Positions 39,199-51,934 of a stretch of 64,000 bases of DNA are shown here, piece after piece (position 1 is the first letter of the stretch; every line of letters starts with the position of its first letter). The translations under genes were made by a program, and so were the position numbers. The stretch lies in assembly GCA_902801125.1 (NCBI GenBank), contig CADCGT010000001.1, forward strand, positions 16,637-80,636. The letters are read 5' to 3'. The DNA is from an uncultured Pseudomonadota bacterium (lineage in GTDB: Bacteria > Pseudomonadota > Alphaproteobacteria > Rs-D84). The notes under the pieces were generated by a model. The model saw only the letters and a list, made by a program, of their open reading frames with translations, was not told where the DNA came from and made no database searches.

Positions 39199-40461
39199 TT
39201 GTCGGGACAATACATACAAATTAAACGGAAAAAATATGCGGCGGGTTTGCTTTGGCAACCGTTGGTTGCGGGGTTTACACCGCGCGCGTATGCGTATAAA
39301 TTGGCGCGTGGAATTGACCACCGTTTGAATCGATATATTTCTTATCATGGTATGGTTGGTTTGGGTGCGCGTGTGAATGGACACCGGTCGGGTATGCCGT
39401 CAATCGCGGTTGAAATTGTTGATGCGTTGCCTGGATATACTTCTATGCTGTGCGCGTTTGAAATTGGCGGCAAATTTGTAATCGTTGTTGTTCGAAATGG
39501 TGTTATTTTGGACGATTTGATTTTTGATAATGAATCGGATGCGCGCGCGAAATATTCTGAATTTGCCGAAATACCGGATTGGAATGCCGTGTTTGCACCC
39601 GCCGCGTGGGGTATGCCACGTGCGGTTGAACGCGATTTGACCGAATTGTTGTCGGGGAATACACATGGGGTTCTGCGCCCGATAAGTCGTTTTGGTGCCG
39701 GTGTCATGTCTTTGATATTGTTGGCATTGTTTGGATTTTTATTCCTTTATATTTTTCGCGAACCAATAAACGAAATTTTTGCCCCAAAGCCCCAGGTGGC
39801 AAAACAAAACCCAGAATTGGCCGCGGAATATCATCGTCAAATAGAAGAAAAAAATAAAGAATTAGATAAAGAATTTAATATGCGACAACCGGCGCCGATT
39901 GAACCATTGGTTATGCCGTATGAATTATTGCCAGATAAAATGGAACGCGCGTCTTTGTGTTATCGCGGAATTGGATTTTTAATGCAACCGGTTACCGGGT
40001 GGAATCAAACCGTTGCAGAATGTGGCGAAACACATGTGTTTGCAACATTCCGGCGTGCGTTTGGAACACTGGACGATTTTTATAATGTTGCGGCAACAAC
40101 TATGCCGGGCGTGTTCGTCCAAGAAATAAATGATAATGAAATACTGGTGCGGGCAAAATTGCCGGAACGCGTTGCGGTGCCATCGCAAGATACGCGTGAT
40201 GCCGATACAATCGTTCGCGAATTGACAAGTCGTTTCCAGGCAATAAATACAGATGTAAATATGACGATTGTTGTTGATGCGGTTTCAAATCAAACACAAT
40301 CTGCGGAATTATATGTTGTCGAAGTGGCGGCGGAATCAAAACTGGTGCCGGAACAATTTATGTTGATATTTGAAGACTTTGGCGGCGTATATATGACCAA
40401 GGCGGCCTGGAACGTGGCCAGAAGAACATGGAACTATGAGGTGATAATCTATGCAAAATAA
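39199..40461 (+). CDS. Type IVb pilus PilO-like accessory protein
   Basis: YAAGLLWQ N-terminal motif, central TM helix, PVTGW; heads the pilus operon. Confidence 0.65.
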   Translation: MSGQYIQIKRKKYAAGLLWQPLVAGFTPRAYAYKLARGIDHRLNRYISYHGMVGLGARVNGHRSGMPSIAVEIVDALPGYTSMLCAFEIGGKFVIVVVRNGVILDDLIFDNESDARAKYSEFAEIPDWNAVFAPAAWGMPRAVERDLTELLSGNTHGVLRPISRFGAGVMSLILLALFGFLFLYIFREPINEIFAPKPQVAKQNPELAAEYHRQIEEKNKELDKEFNMRQPAPIEPLVMPYELLPDKMERASLCYRGIGFLMQPVTGWNQTVAECGETHVFATFRRAFGTLDDFYNVAATTMPGVFVQEINDNEILVRAKLPERVAVPSQDTRDADTIVRELTSRFQAINTDVNMTIVVDAVSNQTQSAELYVVEVAAESKLVPEQFMLIFEDFGGVYMTKAAWNVARRTWNYEVIIYAK

Positions 40462-41164
40462 AATTAAAACATTTTTTATGTCTTTGTGTGTTATGTTTGG
40501 TGTCGTTGCGGTGTGCCATGCCGATGATACTGTGTTCGAAAATACGGTTGATATTATCGAAGAAGTAAATGCAGATAACAGTATCGCCGCAAATGAAGAA
40601 TTTTCCGCAGATGCAATCGAAGACTATAATGTCGAAGGTTCACTGTTTCAACAGATTACAGATTTGGAGCAGGAAAAAGTCCTTATGCAATTGGAAAAAG
40701 AACGCGCGCAATTGAATTTGGACCTTGACCGATTGGCCGCAGAAAAAATTAAACTGCATATGGAAATAGATACTCTGTCGGGGCGCGCAGAACAGCAACA
40801 GCAAGAATTTGAAACCGAACGCGCACGGTTAGAGGCCGAGGCAAAACGTATCGAGATGGAAAAAGAAGCCATGGCAAATAAACAATTTGATGACGCGCAA
40901 AAACCGGCACAGAAACAACAATCTTTTGTTGCCGAACAACCAAAAGATGTTGATATAGAAAAAAATTATAAATTGTTAAATGTGTTTGGTGCCGGCGCAC
41001 AATTACAGGCAACCGTGCAAGATTTATCAAACGGACAAAATAAACGTTTAAGTGTTGGTAAAGATTTAGATGGTTGGAATGTTAAATCTATATCTTTGGA
41101 TGATGGCGTTGTTTTCATCAAAGACGGTAATGTGCAAACATTGAATGTTGGAAATAAAAGTTAG
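40451..41164 (+). CDS. Type IVb pilus PilP-like protein
   Basis: Signal peptide, coiled coil, C-terminal VFGAGAQLQA...VGKDLDGWNVKSI. Confidence 0.6.
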   Translation: MQNKIKTFFMSLCVMFGVVAVCHADDTVFENTVDIIEEVNADNSIAANEEFSADAIEDYNVEGSLFQQITDLEQEKVLMQLEKERAQLNLDLDRLAAEKIKLHMEIDTLSGRAEQQQQEFETERARLEAEAKRIEMEKEAMANKQFDDAQKPAQKQQSFVAEQPKDVDIEKNYKLLNVFGAGAQLQATVQDLSNGQNKRLSVGKDLDGWNVKSISLDDGVVFIKDGNVQTLNVGNKS

Positions 41165-41166
41165 TT

Positions 41167-42816
41167 GTGGCGCAAAAAATGAAAAGTGCAAGTAAAAAAA
41201 TCTTGGACGAAGTGGTGTATTCTAAACAACCGTCTGTGCCGGCGGGATTGGAACATGCCGATAACAAAGAAATTGTTGAATATTTGTTTTCGGAAAACAA
41301 TCATTTGTTGACAGCGGTCGGTGGTGAATTTGAATTACCAAAAGAAACGCAAGGCCTGTTGGCGTATTTTTCGGGTGGATGTTTGATTGTTTCGCGCACA
41401 CATCGATATGATGGACGCGTGTTGGCGTTTATGGATTTGCTGCGTAAAAAAAATCGGCCTATGCGGATTCCGTTTTATTCAGATTTGGGTTTGGTGTCGG
41501 CGATATATAAATACTATGAAAATAATTTGGGTGATGGAAATCGGTCGCGTCTTGATTACAACAACCAAATGCAGAAAGATTTTGTCGATATTGTCGCGCG
41601 TGCCGCCGCACAAAAAGTGTCGGATATTCATATCGAAGTTGCAGATCAAACAACAATATATTTCCGTATAGACGGCAGTATGCAACCAGTATTGGAATTT
41701 AATTCGGGTTGGGGTGAATCTTTTGTTCGTGCCGCGTTCGCGTCCGCCGATATCTCAAATGCAAACTATGCGCAAAACGAATACCAATCGGCCCAGAAAG
41801 ATGGGCGAACGCCACTGCGTGGAACCAAAGATTTATACTTGCCCCAGGGTGTGTTGAGTATTCGTATGCAATTTAATCCAATTGCGTTCGGGTCGCGATA
41901 TGTGGTTATGCGATTGCTTTATGATAACCCGTCGGAAAGTATTACAACCGAACAAGAATTTGGAAAATATGAACAAATATTGCTGCGCCGGTTGCGTTCG
42001 TTTCCAACGGGATTGGTTGTGGTCGCCGGTCCAACAAGTTCGGGTAAATCAACAACATTGGTTCGTAATATGGTGTTGATGTTAAAAGAACATAATTATG
42101 AAATAAACCTTATTACGGTGGAAGACCCGGTCGAACAAAAAATATTTGGTGCACACCAGATTCCAGTTATAAATACCACAAACGAAGAACAACGCGAAAA
42201 TGAATATACCGAGGCATTGGCCGCCGCATTGCGCAGTGACCCCGACACACTTATGGTTGGGGAAATTCGAACATTGGCCGCCGCCCAATTGACCGTCAAA
42301 GGTGCGTTGTCGGGGCATAATGTTTGGACGACATTGCACGCAAATTCTGCGATGGCGGCACTGGTGCGATTGTTGGATATGGGGGTCGAAGCATTCAAGT
42401 TAAAAGAAGAAACAATGATGCGTGGTTTGGTGTCTATGCGTTTGTTTAAAAGGCTTTGTCCACATTGCCGGGAAAAATTGTCGGCGCACCCGGAATACCC
42501 GGAATATGCGCGTGTGATGGACGCGTTTGGGGAATTGGGATTAAATCAGGTTTATGTTCGTGGACATGGGTGTGAACACTGTAATGAAACCGGAACATTT
42601 GGTCGTATCAAGGCCGGTGAAATTATTATAACTAACAGTGAATTTTTAAATCTGGCGTTGGCGGGAAATACCGATGCCGCCGTTAAATACTGGTTGGAAG
42701 AAATGGATGGGCGCACATTAAAAGAATCTGCGTGTGAATTGATGTTGCGCGGTATAATCGGTGTTGATGAATTGGAACGTTGGGTTGGACTTTTGGACCG
42801 GCCGGGGGTGTATTGA
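41167..42816 (+). CDS. Type IV pilus/T2SS assembly ATPase (PilQ/GspE family)
   Basis: SDIHIE, GPTSSGKSTT, TVEDPVE, LRSDPD..VGEIR, TTLHANSA, CxxC pairs. Confidence 0.92.
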   Translation: MAQKMKSASKKILDEVVYSKQPSVPAGLEHADNKEIVEYLFSENNHLLTAVGGEFELPKETQGLLAYFSGGCLIVSRTHRYDGRVLAFMDLLRKKNRPMRIPFYSDLGLVSAIYKYYENNLGDGNRSRLDYNNQMQKDFVDIVARAAAQKVSDIHIEVADQTTIYFRIDGSMQPVLEFNSGWGESFVRAAFASADISNANYAQNEYQSAQKDGRTPLRGTKDLYLPQGVLSIRMQFNPIAFGSRYVVMRLLYDNPSESITTEQEFGKYEQILLRRLRSFPTGLVVVAGPTSSGKSTTLVRNMVLMLKEHNYEINLITVEDPVEQKIFGAHQIPVINTTNEEQRENEYTEALAAALRSDPDTLMVGEIRTLAAAQLTVKGALSGHNVWTTLHANSAMAALVRLLDMGVEAFKLKEETMMRGLVSMRLFKRLCPHCREKLSAHPEYPEYARVMDAFGELGLNQVYVRGHGCEHCNETGTFGRIKAGEIIITNSEFLNLALAGNTDAAVKYWLEEMDGRTLKESACELMLRGIIGVDELERWVGLLDRPGVY

Positions 42817-42817
42817 T

Positions 42818-43888
42818 ATGACACGTTTGGAAATTTTTTATGCCAAAATGGTTTGCAGGTTTAGCAACGACAAACGTATTGCGATTTGGCGTAAATTGGT
42901 GTCTTTGTTGAAAAATGATTTTACATTGGTAAATGCACTAAATCGATTACAGATGATTGAATCGCACGGTGGTGCAAAACCAAATGAACCATTTGCAATT
43001 TGCCTGCGCGAATGGGAAAAAAACCTTGAACGCGGGATGAGTTTTTCCGAAGCCACACGCGGTTGGGTCCCCGCCGAAGAAACATTACTGTTGACAAGTG
43101 GAAATATGTCCAGTTTGATTGTAGCGTTGGAAAATGTTGGACGAATAATCGTCGCAAATAAAAGAATAGGGGGCGCGGTATTCAGTGCAATTGCATATCC
43201 GACATTGTTGTTGGTATTGGTGTTCGCAATTATAATTATGGTTGGACTTTATTTGGTGCCACCGCTTTCCGCCGTTGCCGGTGAAAATATGGTTTGGTCG
43301 GGTGGGGCATCATCATTGATATGGTTGTCAAATTTGGCGGGAAATTATTGGAAACCATTTATGGTTGCACTTGTGATTTTTGGTGTTTTTGTGTGGTGGT
43401 CTTTGCCGCGCCTGGCGGGGCGGGTGCGCGCGGTTATTGATAAATTGCCACCATGGAATATATATAAAATTCGTATGTCGGTTGGTTGGATGATGTCGTT
43501 GTCCGCCATGGTTGCGTCGGGTGTTGCGATACCGGATGCGATGCGTATGTTGGCCGATAATTCAAATCGGTATTTGCGACGGATATTAGAAGAAACATTG
43601 CATTATATCGCGAATGGTGATAATTTGGGTGACGCGTTGCAAAATACAGGTATGGATTTTCCAAACCAAGAATTGATAGGCGATTTAACAATCTATGCCG
43701 ATATGAATGATTTCGATACGAACCTGGGGCAGATTTCAAATGACTATTTGGAAAATTCCGTCAAGAAAATAGAGGCACTTGCCGAAACATTGAATACTGT
43801 TGGAATATTACTTATATCCGCGGTGATTGCGTGGATTGTCCTTGGCACATTCCAGATGCAAGACCAGATAACGGCGTTTTTGAGTTAG
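42818..43888 (+). CDS. Pilus inner-membrane platform protein (PilR/GspF family)
   Basis: AIAYP, three TM regions, LPPWNIYK; follows the ATPase. Confidence 0.85.
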   Translation: MTRLEIFYAKMVCRFSNDKRIAIWRKLVSLLKNDFTLVNALNRLQMIESHGGAKPNEPFAICLREWEKNLERGMSFSEATRGWVPAEETLLLTSGNMSSLIVALENVGRIIVANKRIGGAVFSAIAYPTLLLVLVFAIIIMVGLYLVPPLSAVAGENMVWSGGASSLIWLSNLAGNYWKPFMVALVIFGVFVWWSLPRLAGRVRAVIDKLPPWNIYKIRMSVGWMMSLSAMVASGVAIPDAMRMLADNSNRYLRRILEETLHYIANGDNLGDALQNTGMDFPNQELIGDLTIYADMNDFDTNLGQISNDYLENSVKKIEALAETLNTVGILLISAVIAWIVLGTFQMQDQITAFLS

Positions 43889-43986
43889 TGGTGAGTGTTA
43901 GTGGTTAGTAGATTCTGGAATAATTTTTTAATTACGAAATAATTCCAGACACCACTATCCACTAACCACTTGCACTAACCACTCTA
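43884..43986 (-). repeat. Heptamer-armed palindromic element, copy 4 (core 43914-43949, reverse orientation)
   Basis: Reverse complement matches copies 1 and 7; TAG stops of both convergent genes at its ends. Confidence 0.95.
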
Positions 43987-44556
43987 TACCATAAACGGCA
44001 GGTTTTCCAATGTGCCTTCGGCGACACGGACATTTACATCTATCATCATAAATACACAATCCGGACTTGCCGTCGCCAATTCTTGGTCAAATATGTGATT
44101 TGATAACAAGTGACTTGTATTCACGGAAATTTTTGTTATTAAATGGTCGTCGTCCAACAGAGTATAAATTGGCCCGATGTCGCGTGGAACATTTTGACCG
44201 ATTTCATGTTCGTTTTGTGGACAACGCAGGCCGTCAAATAATGTCTTGATGCGATTGTCAATGTCGGAACGCGGAACACCAATAATTTCTGGGTGCAACA
44301 TTTGGATGTCCAATTCTGCAATCAATTTAAGTTTTGGTGTAATAATCGGATTCCAATCTATACCGCCGATATGGCGTGTGGTAATCGGACTTTTGTTCGC
44401 ATTCGGTGCCATATACTGGGTAAGGTTATTCCACGGTTGATGTTCAACCAGTTTCTTTAATTGTGGGTGAAATTGCATACGGATGTCTGATATATGCTGG
44501 GCCCGCTTTTTGGGGTTGATTAAAATTTCACCAAAATACAGCAATTTGAATTTCAT
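43984..44556 (-). CDS. Hypothetical protein with RusA-like nuclease motif
   Basis: SDIDNRIKTLFDGL...LLDDDHLI. Confidence 0.7.
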   Translation of the reverse strand: MKFKLLYFGEILINPKKRAQHISDIRMQFHPQLKKLVEHQPWNNLTQYMAPNANKSPITTRHIGGIDWNPIITPKLKLIAELDIQMLHPEIIGVPRSDIDNRIKTLFDGLRCPQNEHEIGQNVPRDIGPIYTLLDDDHLITKISVNTSHLLSNHIFDQELATASPDCVFMMIDVNVRVAEGTLENLPFMV

Positions 44557-44558
44557 TT

Positions 44559-44828
44559 TTATTTCCCTTGGCTTTTTAATGATTCAACTTTGGCAAGAAC
44601 AATTTCGTCGGCACCAAAGTTTACTTTTGGGTTACCATTTTTTTTACCGGTCGTGACGATAACTGGAACCTTGGTGTGGCGGCGTGAATCTTTTGGTGGG
44701 TCCATCATTACGCCGCGCAATTTTTCGATTGCCAATTTAACATTTTCAAGATCTTCTTTGTTTAATCCGTGTTTTTTTGCAAACTGGGTTGCCGTCAACA
44801 GGTCTTCTTTGGTGTATGCTTCTGCCAT
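44559..44828 (-). CDS. Small hypothetical protein, possibly DNA-binding
   Basis: AAGGA SD; LLTATQFAKKHGL HTH-like start. Confidence 0.7.
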   Translation of the reverse strand: MAEAYTKEDLLTATQFAKKHGLNKEDLENVKLAIEKLRGVMMDPPKDSRRHTKVPVIVTTGKKNGNPKVNFGADEIVLAKVESLKSQGK

Positions 44829-44858
44829 AATTTTTTCCTTTATTTTTTGCCTTTTTCT

Positions 44859-44887
44859 TTGACAATTATATCATAATTTGCTATGTT
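44859..44887 (+). promoter_or_regulatory. Sigma70-type promoter for gyrB
   Basis: TTGACA-17 bp-TATGTT. Confidence 0.55.
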
Positions 44888-44916
44888 TTTGATACAAAAA
44901 AAGAAAGGATTTTTAA

Positions 44917-47315
<2,399 letters not shown>

Positions 47316-47316
<1 letters not shown>

Positions 47317-47969
47317 TGTTTGATGCAAAATGGTTTTTTGATTTAGAACGCAAAATAAAAGATTTGGGCGCGGACAGTGACGCCCAATCTTTTGATGAAA
47401 TTCGTGAAATGTTGGCACATCCGCGCAGACTTGCACCAGACGCGTTCGCAGAAATGTGCGCCTATGTAATCTTGGCGGGTGGGTTTTCACAAAAAACCGC
47501 AAAGCGGATTCATAAAAATATTATGGATTACATTTATAAAAATGGTGCGGATTTTGATGCGATTTTTCAAATGTTTCATAATAAAAATAAAGTATCTGCA
47601 ATTTGTAAAATATGGAACGAACGGTGCGCGTTGTGCGATGGGTTCTATAAATGTGAAAACGATGATGACCGGGTTGCGTACCTTGCAACATTGCCACATA
47701 TTGGAAAAATAACCGCGAATCATTTGGCGCGAAATTTGGGTGTAAATATCGTTAAATATGATGTTTGGATTCGGCGTTTGGGCGCGCAATACGCCGGAAT
47801 CCGCCGTATAGACGAAAATGGTAAATTGACGCCGGATGTAAAACGGGCGTGTGATGATATGTTCGCGCATATGGTTGCGGCGACCGGGCTTCCGCGGGGC
47901 TATATTGATGTTGTGTTATGGAAAGCATTACAAATTGGTTTGATAAAAGTGGATAGTGTTAGTGGTTAG
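47316..47969 (+). CDS. Helix-hairpin-helix glycosylase-like protein
   Basis: LATLPHIGKITANHLARNLG...KYDVWIRR; coupled to gyrB by TAATG. Confidence 0.75.
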
Positions 47970-48066
47970 TGCAAGTGGTTAGTGGTATCTGGAATTATTT
48001 TGTAATTATGAAATTATGCCAGATTCTACTAACCACTATCCACTAACACTACCCACTTACCACTAA
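47948..48066 (+). repeat. Heptamer-armed palindromic element, copy 5 (core 47988-48023)
   Basis: Encodes the last residues VDSVSG and stop of the upstream gene. Confidence 0.95.
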
Positions 48067-48084
48067 TTGAACGGAGTGAACGAT

Positions 48085-48750
48085 ATGGATGTGAAAATAG
48101 AAGAATCTTGGAAATCTGTTTTGGCGGATGAATTTGATAAAGATTATTTTATTAAATTGACCGATTTTGTGCGCGGCCAATATTTGGCGGGCAAAAAAAT
48201 TTACCCGGCGGCAAAAAATATCTTTAATGCGTTTAACCTGTGTCCGTTTGATTCTGTGCGTGTTGTGATTATCGGTCAAGACCCGTACCATGAACCAGGC
48301 CAGGCGATGGGCCTGTGCTTTTCGGTGCCTGACGGAATCACGCCACCGCCGTCGTTGGTAAATATTTATAAAGAAATTGAAAATGATTTGGGGCGCGCAT
48401 CGCAAACGCATGGTGATTTAACCAATTGGGCACGTCAGGGCGTTTTATTATTAAATTCTACGCTTACGGTTGCGGCGCATTTGGCGGCATCGCACGCGGG
48501 GCGCGGTTGGGAACAATTTACCGACGCGGTAATTCGGGCGTTGGCAACCCGGCGCGATGGTGTGGTTTATATGCTCTGGGGCAGTTATGCCCAGCGCAAG
48601 GCGGAATTTGTGGACGCGTCGCGTAATTTGATTTTGAAAAGCGTACACCCGTCACCACTGTCGGCACACCGCGGTTTTTTTGGTAATCATCATTTTAGTC
48701 GCGCTAATGAATACATAATCGCCCACGGCGGAAAACCAATAGAATGGTAG
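48085..48750 (+). CDS. ung: Uracil-DNA glycosylase
   Basis: GQDPYH, GVLLLN, HPSPLS. Confidence 0.97.
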   Translation: MDVKIEESWKSVLADEFDKDYFIKLTDFVRGQYLAGKKIYPAAKNIFNAFNLCPFDSVRVVIIGQDPYHEPGQAMGLCFSVPDGITPPPSLVNIYKEIENDLGRASQTHGDLTNWARQGVLLLNSTLTVAAHLAASHAGRGWEQFTDAVIRALATRRDGVVYMLWGSYAQRKAEFVDASRNLILKSVHPSPLSAHRGFFGNHHFSRANEYIIAHGGKPIEW

Positions 48751-48870
48751 ATAGTGGGAAGTGTTAGTGGATAGTGTTAGTGGTTAGTGGTTTCTGGAAT
48801 TATTTCACAATTACAAAATTATTCCAGAATCTACTAACCACTATCCACTTACACTAACCACTAACACTAA
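48748..48870 (+). repeat. Heptamer-armed palindromic element, copy 6 (core 48793-48828)
   Basis: Between convergent TAG stops. Confidence 0.95.
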
Positions 48871-49961
48871 ATCACACAATTTTTATAATCTGATTTATCG
48901 GTTTTCATCCAACAATCAACGCCCGAATATCGTTCCATTCGTGATTTGTTTATTTCCATGGCTGGGCTGCAAAAATCGGATGCGTTTTTATTGTAATATT
49001 CGCCTTTTTCGCATGTCACACATGTGCCGCCCGATGTTATGCCAGACCGAATATCAGACCCGCATGATATACATTTTGTTGAATCATCTGGGTCGACACC
49101 AAGCCCATCGCGACATTCAAAATATGTGCATGTTTCGGACCCATGACATATGTTGATAAATCCTGTATTGGTGCAATTTATCCCTTGTTTCTTGGTTTTA
49201 AGTACGTGAATTGTCGCATCATACTTATTCATATCATACCCGTCACACGCATTATAGTTTGTGGTATTTTGTGATTGGGTTGAACAATTTCCTGATTTTA
49301 CACATTTGTTGTCATTGACAATGTATCCGGTGGCGCACAGAATTATTGGATTTGACGATGCGCGTGCGCTTGCACCAAGGTTTGATACAGAAAACCGAAT
49401 CGGGGCAACGACAACACCATTTTCAACAAAATCTATGATACCAAGGGTGTCGGTATAATATGTTTGACCGTTTTGAATCGATGTACCGTATGTTGACCCA
49501 GAACCAAAAATATTTATACTGTATGTGATTGTTCGATTGAATCCAGTGAGTGTTTTAATGTTGCTTTGAAAAAATGATGTATAATCTGTGTCGTCACACG
49601 TGGTGTTGGTTGTTGTGGGGGTGTTGCAATCTGTGCCCTGATAGCCCGGTTTGCATATTGTTTTGCAATCGGATGTATCGCGTGCGTAATATACAAAATT
49701 GTCGTTTCCAAAAGAATAAGAATTTGTGTCATGTGATATGCGTATTGGGCAAAAATATCCACCGTTTTTATAAATGTTGATTGCAACAACGCCATTTATA
49801 TAACCACCAGTCGTGAAAAAAATAACATTGCTGTTTATTTGGCTGGAATACAGACCAGATACGTTCCATTCGGATTTATAGTCACTTCGTATCACACATA
49901 ATGCCTGTGATATAAATGAAAATGATACAAAAACACCAACAAAAAATTTTTTCAACAACAT
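48867..49961 (-). CDS. Cysteine-rich secreted protein
   Basis: Signal peptide; many Cys in C..GY motifs. Confidence 0.85.
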   Translation of the reverse strand: MLLKKFFVGVFVSFSFISQALCVIRSDYKSEWNVSGLYSSQINSNVIFFTTGGYINGVVAINIYKNGGYFCPIRISHDTNSYSFGNDNFVYYARDTSDCKTICKPGYQGTDCNTPTTTNTTCDDTDYTSFFQSNIKTLTGFNRTITYSINIFGSGSTYGTSIQNGQTYYTDTLGIIDFVENGVVVAPIRFSVSNLGASARASSNPIILCATGYIVNDNKCVKSGNCSTQSQNTTNYNACDGYDMNKYDATIHVLKTKKQGINCTNTGFINICHGSETCTYFECRDGLGVDPDDSTKCISCGSDIRSGITSGGTCVTCEKGEYYNKNASDFCSPAMEINKSRMERYSGVDCWMKTDKSDYKNCVI

Positions 49962-50016
49962 TCCCTTTTGATGTTATGATTATATCATTTTTACAACTGT
50001 GTGGCAAAGGGCATTT

Positions 50017-50583
50017 TTAAAAATTATATGTCACGCCCAGGCCGTAAAACGCATACGAATAATTTTCATCTGCGGTGTTTGCGTTTGAAAAATGATGCAT
50101 AAATACTTCCAGTCCCCATTTATCGTTTATGTGCCATCCCGCAATAATCTTGAATTGGAACAATAATTTCGCACCCAATCGTTCGTTCTGTTGCGCCTGG
50201 AGGCCGATTCCCGCACCCGATGCAACATATATATTTTTATATTCTGATAATCGCACATCGCCCGATAACATAACCATCGGTATTGTATAGTCCCGCCAAT
50301 GCCAACCGTATTTGTTCCCATAACCAATGGTCTGGTTCACATTTATAGATTGCCGCGCCGGCAGACCAAAAAAGGTTGTCGGTTGTGAATATTGAATGTT
50401 TAACAGGTTAAATGGAACAAACTGGTCCGGTGGGGGAATGATAAAACCACTGTTTATACCCTGGCCAACATGAAGGGCGATTTGGTTTTTATAGTGACCC
50501 GTGAATGTGTTTCGACCGTCCGCCGCCAAAGCATTGGACGCAATTAAAAATGTTGTCGATAAAATGAAAAAGACATTCCTCAT
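50017..50583 (-). CDS. Outer-membrane acyloxyacyl hydrolase/PagL-like lipid A deacylase
   Basis: Signal peptide, HHFSNA motif, terminal YNF. Confidence 0.75.
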   Translation of the reverse strand: MRNVFFILSTTFLIASNALAADGRNTFTGHYKNQIALHVGQGINSGFIIPPPDQFVPFNLLNIQYSQPTTFFGLPARQSINVNQTIGYGNKYGWHWRDYTIPMVMLSGDVRLSEYKNIYVASGAGIGLQAQQNERLGAKLLFQFKIIAGWHINDKWGLEVFMHHFSNANTADENYSYAFYGLGVTYNF

Positions 50584-50738
50584 CGGGGATATATTATACA
50601 CCATTTTTGGCAAATATTCAAATTATTATATTATGAAAAATAATCATTAAAAATCAGAATGAAATCAAAGGATATTTTATATGCGATAAATTCTTGCATT
50701 TAGAAAATTGTCTGTTATAATCGGTTCAGTTTTCGTAT

Positions 50739-50813
50739 GGCGGCGTAGCTCAGTGGTAGAGCAGAGGAATCATAATCCTTTGGTCAGGGGTCCGAATCCC
50801 TTCGCCGCTACCA
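50739..50813 (+). tRNA. tRNA-Met(CAT), elongator
   Basis: GGCGGCGTAGCTCAG...GAGGA-ATCATAA-TCCTT...CGCCGCTACCA. Confidence 0.93.
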
Positions 50814-50994
50814 AAATAACAAACGACCCTTGTGGTCGTTTTTTATTTTGGTATATGGGATTTGGACCCCGGCACAGGGGTCCGAACCGCGGCAAAAAGG
50901 CGGAATAACGCCGGTCCACCGTAGCCCTTGGCGAAGGTGGATTTTGCAAGGTGGCGAAGCAATCCCGAGCCGTATAGTCGCGAGTGGATAAATG

Positions 50995-51786
50995 TTATTC
51001 CCTGACTTTGCTAGGGATTATATGTTGTTGGTTTTGTGGCAATAGTTTATATATTTTTGCACCGGGTTTTGATATGATTTCTGACAGTGTTTGCACATTG
51101 TTATCATCCGTTTGAACCATAATTGCCGCGCCTTCGTCAACACCGTAACCAAACTTTGATTCCCGGGCCAACATGCGTTGCACGGCATTTTTGGATACAG
51201 ATTCTTTGTCAATGCCATCTTGGGATTTGGTGTTCCAGTGCGGTTCAAAATATCCACGCAATAACCCCAATGCCTTTTTGGTTTTTAGGGTATCGATTGT
51301 GCCATCAAAATCTTCGTCTTCATCGTTGCCATAATATTCAAACCACACGCAACCGCCGGCACTGTTTCCCGCCATTATAATCCCGCGATTGTATGCCTGA
51401 ATTAGCAGGTTATCGACACCGGTTTTTTTCAGTGTGTTCATAAGTTGTGTGACATTTCCACCACCAACATAAACAATATCGGCACCAAAAATAATTTTTT
51501 TGATTTTATCGGCATCGGGTCTTTTTGAATCGTCAACCAAATGCAAGTTTTCAACTTCGCAACCAAAATCTTCGCTAAAATATTTCTGGATTACCAAAAA
51601 TCGGCTTTCGTCATCACCGTGCGCGGCACCAATAAACACAATTTTTGGATGTTCTTTGCCGGTAAGTTTTATCATTTTTTTGTCTATTTCTATCGAATCT
51701 TTGGTTTTTTGAACACGCCGACCATCCGGATAGGTTTTTATTTGACCGTATGAACCACCACCAATTGCTATTATTGTTTTTGTCAT
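50995..51786 (-). CDS. Peptidase E (S51) family protein
   Basis: IIAIGGG, YVGGGN, GNSAGG, EPHW, GVDE. Confidence 0.85.
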   Translation of the reverse strand: MTKTIIAIGGGSYGQIKTYPDGRRVQKTKDSIEIDKKMIKLTGKEHPKIVFIGAAHGDDESRFLVIQKYFSEDFGCEVENLHLVDDSKRPDADKIKKIIFGADIVYVGGGNVTQLMNTLKKTGVDNLLIQAYNRGIIMAGNSAGGCVWFEYYGNDEDEDFDGTIDTLKTKKALGLLRGYFEPHWNTKSQDGIDKESVSKNAVQRMLARESKFGYGVDEGAAIMVQTDDNNVQTLSEIISKPGAKIYKLLPQNQQHIIPSKVRE

Positions 51787-51934
51787 TCATAACCCTTTTA
51801 ATTTAAAAATATTCTTATGAATTCACCACTATGTTAGTATGATGAATTAAAAAAATCTATAATTTTTTATTGGCCGTGGGTCAACGAAATGTTATACTGT
51901 GTTCAGTTTTTTGTATACAAGCAAGGAGAGAAAA

